Source: a virus
Taxonomy: Duplodnaviria; Caudoviricetes
Length of the DNA stretch: 47,165 nucleotides
Direction: 5' to 3' (one strand)
IMG/VR virus record: IMGVR_UViG_3300024038_000025
Coordinates: 1-47,165 of that record
Position 1 is the stretch's first letter, and each line of letters begins with the position of its first letter. The notes beneath the pieces were generated by a model, which made no database searches, was not told the origin of the DNA, and worked only from the letters and a program-made list of their open reading frames with translations. The translations under genes were made by a program, and so were the position numbers. Below, one piece after another: positions 18,794-25,764 of this stretch.

Positions 18794-20322
18794 TGCTGCT
18801 CCTCGTCGGTGCGAGTCGCGTCGTCACCTTCGTCGTTCTGCACCGGGTCAGGCTGGCCGAACGCGCGTACGGACGTAGAGGACGCGGGCGGCAGGCCAAG
18901 CTCGCTACGACGCTGGGCCTCGATCGCCTGTTGCTCCAGGACCTCTTCCCAATCGAGGCCCTGCTCGGCGCATTCGGCTTCCATCGTGGAGAGGCCGCCT
19001 TCCATGCGCAGCAGCGCGGCTTGGGCTTCCTTGGTGGGATCAACCCAGCCGCGGCCGGAGAAGATGAAGCGGCAGCGGGTATAGGCGTAGCGGTTCTCGT
19101 AGAAGCCAGGTGCTTCGACGACGCCGGCATTCACGGCCTCTTCCAGCCAGAGCTCATAGATGGGCCGCAGCCACGTGTCCATGAGCCAACGGCGGCGGCC
19201 ATTGAAGTAGCGCCAGGCTTCGAGCAGCGCCGCGCGAGCGCTGCTGTAGTTGCTCTGCGAGAAATCCTTCAGGAGCAGCTCGTAGGGCAGATTCATGCCG
19301 GCTGCGATGTGCCGCAGGGTCGCCATCATGAAGGCCTCGAACGCCGCGTTCGGGCGGCCCGGCGTGAAGGCAGACAGCTTGGCGCCGACCGGCAGCGGAA
19401 TGACCGTCGGGCCCTTCGCGCTCTTGCGTACGTTGAGCGGCTGCTTGACCAGCTCGCCCCAGGTGTCGCGCGGCTTCTCGCCGAAGAGCGCCATCACACT
19501 GTCCTGACCGAGATCCGACTCCATGAAGGCGGCGATCAGACTGTTCGCCACAGAGGCCTGCAGCTCGGTGTTGGCGTACATGCCTGCCAGGTGAAACTCG
19601 CGCATCACCGCGGCGACGATGGGCTTGCCGCGGGACTGGCCGGACCGTTCCTTGTCGTGCAGGTGTATCACCCGACGACGGCCCCACTCGGTGAATGCCG
19701 GAACGCGCTCCCAAGTGATTGAGCTGGCACCGAAGGCGCCGTAGTCGAACATGTCGCCGGGGTGCTTGTTGGCGAACCAGTAGGCCAGCGGCGCACCGAA
19801 ACTGTCGCTCTCTACCCCACCGCGGATGTCGGTTCGGTGCTGCAGGTAGGTGGGCGTGCAGAGGCGGTCCGCTTCCAGCACCATCAACCGGGTGTTCCAA
19901 CGGCCACCGGGGCGCGGAAGCCAAAGCGGAAGTGCAACGGCGTCACCATTCGTCATCGCGCCGCCGAGCGCCTGCAGGCTGAGGCCAAGCAGCGTCAGGC
20001 TTTGGCCCGCGTCGCATTCGACCGTGTCTGCAAAACTCCGGAATTGCGCTTCGGTGTTGTTCGCCCACTCCCGGGCCTTGGCGCGGTCCCACCCCAACAG
20101 GCGGTAGTCAGGAAGCGCGGAAAGGCGCAGCTGCGCCCCGATGATGTTGTCTTTGAAGGTCTGGACGGCGCCGCCGAACAGACCGTTGTTGCGCGCGAGA
20201 TCCCGCGAACGCGGGACCATGATGTCGAGCTCTGAAAGGAGGTCGGAGTCCGCGCTACCCGCAACAGGCTGCCAGGAGTCCAGCGCCGGATCGTCGGTGG
20301 CCGCAGCCTTGTGCGCACTCAC
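18790..20322 (-). CDS. Portal protein, lambda family
   Basis: RSRDLARNN, QSRGKP, NYSSARAALLE and GWVDPTKE motifs. Confidence 0.95.
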   Translation of the reverse strand: MSAHKAAATDDPALDSWQPVAGSADSDLLSELDIMVPRSRDLARNNGLFGGAVQTFKDNIIGAQLRLSALPDYRLLGWDRAKAREWANNTEAQFRSFADTVECDAGQSLTLLGLSLQALGGAMTNGDAVALPLWLPRPGGRWNTRLMVLEADRLCTPTYLQHRTDIRGGVESDSFGAPLAYWFANKHPGDMFDYGAFGASSITWERVPAFTEWGRRRVIHLHDKERSGQSRGKPIVAAVMREFHLAGMYANTELQASVANSLIAAFMESDLGQDSVMALFGEKPRDTWGELVKQPLNVRKSAKGPTVIPLPVGAKLSAFTPGRPNAAFEAFMMATLRHIAAGMNLPYELLLKDFSQSNYSSARAALLEAWRYFNGRRRWLMDTWLRPIYELWLEEAVNAGVVEAPGFYENRYAYTRCRFIFSGRGWVDPTKEAQAALLRMEGGLSTMEAECAEQGLDWEEVLEQQAIEAQRRSELGLPPASSTSVRAFGQPDPVQNDEGDDATRTDEEQQ

Positions 20323-20555
20323 AGATGGATCTCGAAGCCATATCGCACGGCGCCGCCGCGCTGCTTGGCGGCGATGGCGTTCTGCAACTGGCTGATGTAC
20401 CGCTCATTGTCGCGGGCCGATTGTTCGAACTGGATCCGCTTGTCGGCGGAGGCGAACGAAGTCGGCTCGGTAGCGAGCCTGTGACGCGCGTCAAGCGCCT
20501 CGCTCAGGTAGCGCTGTAGCGTTTCAAGCGGGAGATTCTGGAGAGCGGCTTCCAC
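20319..20555 (-). CDS. Head-tail joining protein gpW-like
   Basis: 78 aa gene overlapping the portal start; ALDARHRL...RYISQLQ pattern. Confidence 0.75.
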   Translation of the reverse strand: MEAALQNLPLETLQRYLSEALDARHRLATEPTSFASADKRIQFEQSARDNERYISQLQNAIAAKQRGGAVRYGFEIHL

Positions 20556-20579
20556 ATCGGCAGATTGCCGACGAGGAAC

Positions 20580-20615
20580 GGAAATTTCTCCGGGAAAATT
20601 TCAGGAAAAATTTCC
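20580..20615 (-). promoter_or_regulatory. Triple AAATTTC repeat upstream of the head operon (candidate activator-dependent late promoter)
   Basis: AAATTTC at 20582, 20596 and 20608 in an AT-rich patch ~25-60 bp upstream of gpW; function inferred. Confidence 0.55.
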
Positions 20616-20682
20616 GCGCGCTCTGCCTTCAGATTGAAGACAATCAAAATATGACAAAGGCAAGAACGCACAAAGGGAATCC

Positions 20683-21237
20683 ATGCTGAAACGAATCCGC
20701 ATACTAGGTCCAGAGCGGGAGACCTTCTTGGCCCATGTTCGGAACCTGCCCTCCCAAGGTTTTCTCCTTCTATTTACGCTGATCTCGACGCACAATCTTG
20801 GGTACAGGGTTACCGGCGAAAGGATCGCGGAGACGCTCATATGCTTTGGCTTCCTGGTAGCGTTCTTGGTCGCCTTGTACGCAAACGTCACGATCTTCAT
20901 TGGAAAGGTGGCGGCGCCCGTGCGGAAATGGTGGCGCCGCTGCAACCTGGCGGGCAGGCGCAGGGTGTCGTACGGACTACGGGATCACATCCGCCTCAGG
21001 GCGGCGATGATCCGGCGCAAATGGGTGGAACTGCTGGAGGTCGCCGCATGCTTCATATTTTCCGAGCTCGGCTTGGCAGCGCTGCTGGTGGTAAACCTCA
21101 ACACCGCCGTAGCGTTTGTCGAGGCGCGGGCGCACAGGCAACCCTGCTTTCAATCGCAGTGCTCGCCCTCAGTGTCTTCCGCTCAGCGGACGCAGCTGCC
21201 GAGCCGATCAACAAGTGCGTCGCCGCAGGGAAGGTGA
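20683..21237 (+). CDS. Hypothetical membrane protein (moron)
   Basis: AAGGG RBS, ~3 hydrophobic segments, lower GC, opposite strand to the late genes. Confidence 0.6.
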   Translation: MLKRIRILGPERETFLAHVRNLPSQGFLLLFTLISTHNLGYRVTGERIAETLICFGFLVAFLVALYANVTIFIGKVAAPVRKWWRRCNLAGRRRVSYGLRDHIRLRAAMIRRKWVELLEVAACFIFSELGLAALLVVNLNTAVAFVEARAHRQPCFQSQCSPSVSSAQRTQLPSRSTSASPQGR

Positions 21238-21575
21238 GCTATACAGATACGGCCTGCCCACACGGGGCCATGGCCAGCACGATTGGCGCGCCGCCACCTG
21301 TCTCCGACGAGGCCTATTGGTCGGCCATCACGAATGGCTACGTGGCGCAGCAACGCATCGACGCGCTGCATGCGACCGAGATGCACCGCGTGGCACAACG
21401 CGACTACGCTGAGGCGCGCGCCCGCGATGCAGCGGTTGCGCGCGCGGAAGACCGCAGACGTGAAGAACGGCGCCGCGCGGACTTGATTGCCTTGGCGGAT
21501 CGGCTGCGCGACAACGAACTGGCCACACGGCCCTATCGCGCCAGCTACAACAATCCTCGTGCCGGTAGGCCCTAG
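21048..21575 (+). CDS. DUF4124-like exported protein; start uncertain
   Basis: Signal-like stretch then INKC..GKVSYTDTAC motif and coiled coil; overlaps the previous ORF. Confidence 0.6.
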   Translation: MLHIFRARLGSAAGGKPQHRRSVCRGAGAQATLLSIAVLALSVFRSADAAAEPINKCVAAGKVSYTDTACPHGAMASTIGAPPPVSDEAYWSAITNGYVAQQRIDALHATEMHRVAQRDYAEARARDAAVARAEDRRREERRRADLIALADRLRDNELATRPYRASYNNPRAGRP

Positions 21576-22516
21576 GCCTCGCTGTCAGGATCTCGGGCGA
21601 ATGGAATGCTGATCTGCACAGCTGCCTTGCGATGCTCCAAGACCTTCTTGATCGCGAAATCGCTGTGCAGCTTGTCTCCCTTCAACCATTGGCGGGTACC
21701 AATCACGACCTTCAGGATGTCCCCTTGCGAGAACGCCCGCCCGTTCTCCACCGATGACAGGAACTCAGGGTCCTCCATCGCTGCATAGAAGGTGCTCGAC
21801 CCGTCCGAGAACCGCCACTTGTTGTCCTCTTTGAACGTCACGCTGAGCAGCTGCAAATTGCGCGTATCGTCGGTCTCCTCCAGCTCTTCTTCGGAGACCG
21901 GAGGCGCAGCAAAGAAGACGCGCTCCTCGCGGGAAATCTCGACAAACCTTTCCGACGCATTCGGATCTGCAACGGCGAAGTAGTCGATGCCGTCCTTGTC
22001 GAGCGGCACTTTGACTGCGTTCTCCAACGCCTGGCGCAAGCGGTAATTCCGGTACAACTTCAGGACCCGATCCTCGAGCACGATCTGGTCCTTGTCCACG
22101 ACCACTCGGACTTGGCCGTGTTGCAGCAATTCGACTTTGTCGATGCGACGGTTGCGGAGCCACTTCAAGAACTGGATCAAACCGAAACCGACCCCCCCGA
22201 TCGTGCTGCCCCGAGCGAGCTGATCCACTACGAATCCAAGATCAGCGAGCAGGTTTTTGGCCGACTCAACGGAAAGGTGACCAGGCATCAACGACAGCAC
22301 GGATTGCCACAGCGATCCGATATCGAAGTTGATGCCAAAACTTCCACGCTGAAAGCTCGCCTCGACCCGAACCTGAATAGGAACGTCGGCGCCATTCAGC
22401 GTGAGATTCGCTTGTTCCAGCAGTTCGCCAAGCGCGATCAGAGCAGGCGCGAGGTCTCGCACCTCCATCGTGTTGTGCTCGAGTGCTGGACCATCGTAAA
22501 CAACCTGAAATCTCAT
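21572..22516 (-). CDS. Conserved hypothetical prophage accessory protein (314 aa)
   Basis: Clean ORF with GGAGAG RBS, lower GC; YDGPAL..MEVRDLAPAL N-terminus; KWRFSDG..FYA..D..F C-terminus. Confidence 0.8.
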   Translation of the reverse strand: MRFQVVYDGPALEHNTMEVRDLAPALIALGELLEQANLTLNGADVPIQVRVEASFQRGSFGINFDIGSLWQSVLSLMPGHLSVESAKNLLADLGFVVDQLARGSTIGGVGFGLIQFLKWLRNRRIDKVELLQHGQVRVVVDKDQIVLEDRVLKLYRNYRLRQALENAVKVPLDKDGIDYFAVADPNASERFVEISREERVFFAAPPVSEEELEETDDTRNLQLLSVTFKEDNKWRFSDGSSTFYAAMEDPEFLSSVENGRAFSQGDILKVVIGTRQWLKGDKLHSDFAIKKVLEHRKAAVQISIPFARDPDSEA

Positions 22517-22562
22517 TGCAGATCTCTCCCGGCGCGGATCTTACGTGAGTGCTCTCCAGCAG

Positions 22563-23501
22563 TCAGCATTGCGTAGGTGCCATACCACCAACTGAGCCAG
22601 GCGACGCCGTGTCTTCCGAAGCTACTCCGAACGCCTTAACCGCTTCCGCCGCCCATGCGCTGATCGACTCATTGCCCGCAGGCCCCTCGCCGGCCGGTAT
22701 CCAGAGCCGCACGACCTGCCTGGTGGCGCCCAAGCGCACGGTGCGTAGCGTGAGGCGCTCGCCGGCCCAGCGGCCGATCTGTGCGCTGGCGACGCCTTGC
22801 GCAGGCGCGCCGCGTTCGCCCTGCTCTGCGGCCCACCTTTGCAGGGCACGGTAGAGCTGGCCAGTGGTGCAGGCTGCCAACGGCAGCGGCAGCTCTCCCG
22901 CGAGCCAGGCGGCGGTGAATCGCTCTGCCAGGCTAAGCGGCGCAGCCGGCGCTTGAAGCGCGGGCGCCAGCTCGTGTTCTTCGACCCCCAGCTCGGCGAG
23001 GAGATCCACGCCGGTGTGACGGAGCGTCGCAGCCGTAGCCGAACGCACTGCCCGCAGGTGGCCCAGTTTGAGTGTGGCCGCCGCGCGCATCAGGCCATTG
23101 AAGCTGCGGGTGGCCGCCACGATGTGGTCGGCCCGGTGGGAGACCGACGGCGGCAGCGGGTCCGCGGCGCCGGGCATGGCGTAGCTGCCGGTCTTGCGCA
23201 GGGTGGGCAGCACTTCATGCGTGACCCAGCGCTTGAAGCGCTTGGCCTCGGGTTTGGTGCTCCCGAAGATCAGGGCATAGAGGCCCGATTCGTTCACGTG
23301 GTTCTGGTTCTGGCGGCCACCCGCAGTGAGGGTCTCCAGTTTCTGGAGATCCTCTGTATCGACGTGGGATTTGATCGCCTGAGACGGATTACCCATTTCC
23401 AGGGCATCGCAGATGTCGGTGGCGTTGAACCAAGGCTCACCGTCGTGCATCACCACGCGCACGGCGTGGCTGTCGAAGGCGAAGGGGATCACATCATTCA
23501 T
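22563..23501 (-). CDS. BRO-N domain antirepressor-like protein with helicase-derived C-terminal domain
   Basis: GEPWFNATDIC, NESGLYALIFGS.KPEAKRFKRWVTHEVLP BRO-N motifs; C-terminus aligns with 29640..29945. Confidence 0.9.
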   Translation of the reverse strand: MNDVIPFAFDSHAVRVVMHDGEPWFNATDICDALEMGNPSQAIKSHVDTEDLQKLETLTAGGRQNQNHVNESGLYALIFGSTKPEAKRFKRWVTHEVLPTLRKTGSYAMPGAADPLPPSVSHRADHIVAATRSFNGLMRAAATLKLGHLRAVRSATAATLRHTGVDLLAELGVEEHELAPALQAPAAPLSLAERFTAAWLAGELPLPLAACTTGQLYRALQRWAAEQGERGAPAQGVASAQIGRWAGERLTLRTVRLGATRQVVRLWIPAGEGPAGNESISAWAAEAVKAFGVASEDTASPGSVGGMAPTQC

Positions 23502-23925
23502 GGCAGTCCCCATGCATACGCGCCTCGTTGGCACGCTGCGCGGCGATCTGCGCGACGACTGCGTTCACGCGGGCAAGGTCCTCAAACACGTCCATACGGT
23601 TGGCTTGGGCGCAAATGAGGCGCTCCAGGTGCGAGAAGAACCCAACCCAATAGCCTTTGGCGCCGCTCTCGTCCCGGAAATTGATGTCGGCCGCGATGCG
23701 GCCAAGGGTGTTCAGGCCGGCCGCGCGGGGGTTGTCTTTGAGGTACTGGACGTAGTGGGCGGCGCACTCGCGGCCGATGTCGCAAGCCAGTCCGTAGTCG
23801 TTGGTCGGCGGCACGCGCCAGTAGCAGGATTGTTCACGGACACGACGGGGAATGCGTACGAACGGCAGCGCACCGACGGTGGCGTTCGCATAGGACGCGC
23901 TCACGCGCGAGGCAGGGTTAGCCAT
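23494..23925 (-). CDS. Hypothetical protein, first gene of the C4-controlled antirepressor operon (icd position)
   Basis: GAGAAAGGAG RBS; overlaps the BRO start; follows the C4 RNA. Confidence 0.8.
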   Translation of the reverse strand: MANPASRVSASYANATVGALPFVRIPRRVREQSCYWRVPPTNDYGLACDIGRECAAHYVQYLKDNPRAAGLNTLGRIAADINFRDESGAKGYWVGFFSHLERLICAQANRMDVFEDLARVNAVVAQIAAQRANEARMHGDCHE

Positions 23926-23973
23926 GGCAAAGCTCCTTTCTCGACAAAGAGAGCTGCCGACCCCCGACCAAGA

Positions 23974-24054
23974 GGGCGGGCAGCACCGAGCGGGTTGGTC
24001 GACCGGGAGAAAGGAACCGGCAGGGCTTGCGCCCTCCCGCCCGGGCCGCCCATA
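23974..24054 (-). ncRNA. C4-type antisense RNA
   Basis: TATGGGCGGC...GGGCGCAAGCCC GNRA hairpin...CCGG-TTCCTTTCTC-CCGG-TCGACCAACCCG fits the C4 architecture; complementary targets lie up- and downstream. Confidence 0.8.
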
Positions 24055-24080
24055 ACTGGGACGAGCCAAGGCACGCACAC

Positions 24081-24165
24081 ATGAAAAAAGCCGCGTGTAG
24101 GCGCGGCTTCGTGCGCCAATCTCCACCGGGCGACCAAACCCGAGCTGCGTTTGTTTTCGCAGCGT
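24081..24165 (-). promoter_or_regulatory. c4-a1b1-like leader with target site and intrinsic terminator
   Basis: GCTGCG-AAAACAAA-CGCAGC hairpin, CGGGTTTGGTCGCCCG (a1 target) and AAGCCGCG-CCTACA-CGCGGCTTTTTT terminator; TTGACG at 24199-24194 upstream. Confidence 0.65.
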
Positions 24166-24329
24166 AGCGAGGATGCGCCCTAAGTGGTGAAATCGTCAAT
24201 ATCGGGCCCGCATCCTTACGGATGCGTTCCGCGGGTGAGGCCCGCTTGATGATGATCCGAGGGTGCGTGCCCCGTTGCTACACTCGGCGCTACCACAACC
24301 ACGCAGCACAGGCCTGTACAGGAGGCACC

Positions 24330-24452
24330 ATGAGACCGAATCAGCAGCCGCAGCCGCAACCGCAGCAGCCCTACCAGCCCCAGGAGAGAACCTGGGTTCC
24401 GCCAGCACGGATGCCAACGACCCCTCCTCCGCCCGCCCCTGCTTCTGACTGA
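24330..24452 (+). CDS. Pro/Gln-rich 40 aa peptide
   Basis: AGGAGG RBS at 24320-24325; stop 10 nt before the next gene. Confidence 0.65.
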   Translation: MRPNQQPQPQPQQPYQPQERTWVPPARMPTTPPPPAPASD

Positions 24453-24462
24453 GGGAGTAGCC

Positions 24463-24942
24463 ATGACCTACGACGCCGCCGATCCCGACCGCAACGAGAC
24501 GATCAACAATCTGCGCTACGCCATGCGCTTCGGCGTCATGCAGCGCACGCTGTTCGCGCGCCTGCGCGCGCTGTTCTCGACGCTGCAGTTTCTCTCGGGC
24601 ACGGCGGCGTTCGCCACGGTCGTGGCACATCACCCAGAGCTCACCGCATCGGCAGGCCTGGTGATGGCAGTGGTCACCGCGCTGGACGTGGTGATTGGGC
24701 CTGCCGACAAGGCCAACGAGGTGGAAATCCAGCGCTGCGCTGTGGCGCGCCTCTTTGCCGAAAGCGATGCGCTGGACACGCCCACACTCGTGCGCCGATG
24801 GCGTGGGCTGCTGGAGGCTAAGGCCCCGGAAATCAGCTCGCTGCGTGAGCCCGCCCTGCGCGCAGCCCTGCGTGAACAGGGCTATCCGGTGCCGACACAA
24901 CGCATGTCGTTCATGAGCCGGATGATGGCCGCGCTCGTATAG
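24463..24942 (+). CDS. Two-TM SLATT-like membrane protein
   Basis: GGGAG RBS; N-terminal helix, two TM helices, then helical cytoplasmic region. Confidence 0.65.
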   Translation: MTYDAADPDRNETINNLRYAMRFGVMQRTLFARLRALFSTLQFLSGTAAFATVVAHHPELTASAGLVMAVVTALDVVIGPADKANEVEIQRCAVARLFAESDALDTPTLVRRWRGLLEAKAPEISSLREPALRAALREQGYPVPTQRMSFMSRMMAALV

Positions 24943-25032
24943 CGAAGTGACGAATGTTTGCGCACCGGGCTTGAAGGATACGGGCCCGCTGTGGAAACTC
25001 TCGCGCTCCCAAACCTTTGAGGAGCGCTCTCC

Positions 25033-25476
25033 ATGCGGTGGATGGCCCTTATTCTCGTGACACTGATCTGTTCGCCGGCGCAGGCGATCAACAAGTGCAT
25101 CATCGACGGCAAGGTGACCTATTCGGATCTGCCCTGCCCCAGCAGTGCCAAAGTGGAGAACATTCAGGCACCACCACCGGCGGACATGGATGAGGCCGTC
25201 AAAGCGCGCGTGCGCACCATTGAGGACAAGCAGGCCCTGTCGCGCAAGGAAAACGAACGCCTTGAACGACGCTGGGCGCAAGATCAAGCGCAAGCGCGTG
25301 AAGATCGCGAAGCCAAAGCACGTTGCGCCCAGATCCGCGACAAGAAGAAGGACGCACAGTACTGGGAAGCCGAGTTCAAGCACCCGGACAACGTGCGCCG
25401 AGAGAAGGCCAAGGCGGACTTCTACTCGGACCGGGAGTTCTTCGAGTGCTATGGGCATGTGAATGGCAACCAGTGA
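25033..25476 (+). CDS. DUF4124-like exported protein
   Basis: Signal peptide (AQA cleavage), INKCIIDGKVTYSDLPC, charged coiled coil; GAGGAG RBS. Confidence 0.8.
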   Translation: MRWMALILVTLICSPAQAINKCIIDGKVTYSDLPCPSSAKVENIQAPPPADMDEAVKARVRTIEDKQALSRKENERLERRWAQDQAQAREDREAKARCAQIRDKKKDAQYWEAEFKHPDNVRREKAKADFYSDREFFECYGHVNGNQ

Positions 25477-25485
25477 GCCGCGCGG

Positions 25486-25764
25486 CTAAGCCACGATCTG
25501 CCTGATCCGCCGCACGGTGAGCCCGTAGCGGCGAGCCAGTTCGGCGTGGTTGTTCCCTGAAAATTCCTCGCGGATGCGTGCGGCACGCTGCGTGCGGTCC
25601 AGCCGCCCAAGATAGAGGTCTGTGCCGGCCACGCGCATGCGGAGGCGGTCCTCAACCTGCAGGGCCAGCGCGCGCGCCTGCTCGGGAGGAATCGCAAGGT
25701 AGGTCGCCGCGGTGGTGACTTCCTCGCGGAGGATCTCGGCGAGGTCTTCTCGGATGCGCGTCAT
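25486..25764 (-). CDS. mor: Mor-family transcription activator
   Basis: GTDLYL..., IREEFSGNNHAELARRYGLTVRRIRQIV Mor HTH. Confidence 0.88.
   Translation of the reverse strand: MTRIREDLAEILREEVTTAATYLAIPPEQARALALQVEDRLRMRVAGTDLYLGRLDRTQRAARIREEFSGNNHAELARRYGLTVRRIRQIVA

Noticed and set aside
4796-19722. Many long + strand ORFs (e.g. 4796..6283, 6347..7942, 10911..12407, 15343..17100)
   Set aside because: Antisense shadows of high-GC structural genes; Arg/Gly-rich with no motifs.
24196-25458. 420 aa minus-strand ORF
   Set aside because: Shadow of three + strand genes that have good RBSs and recognisable features.
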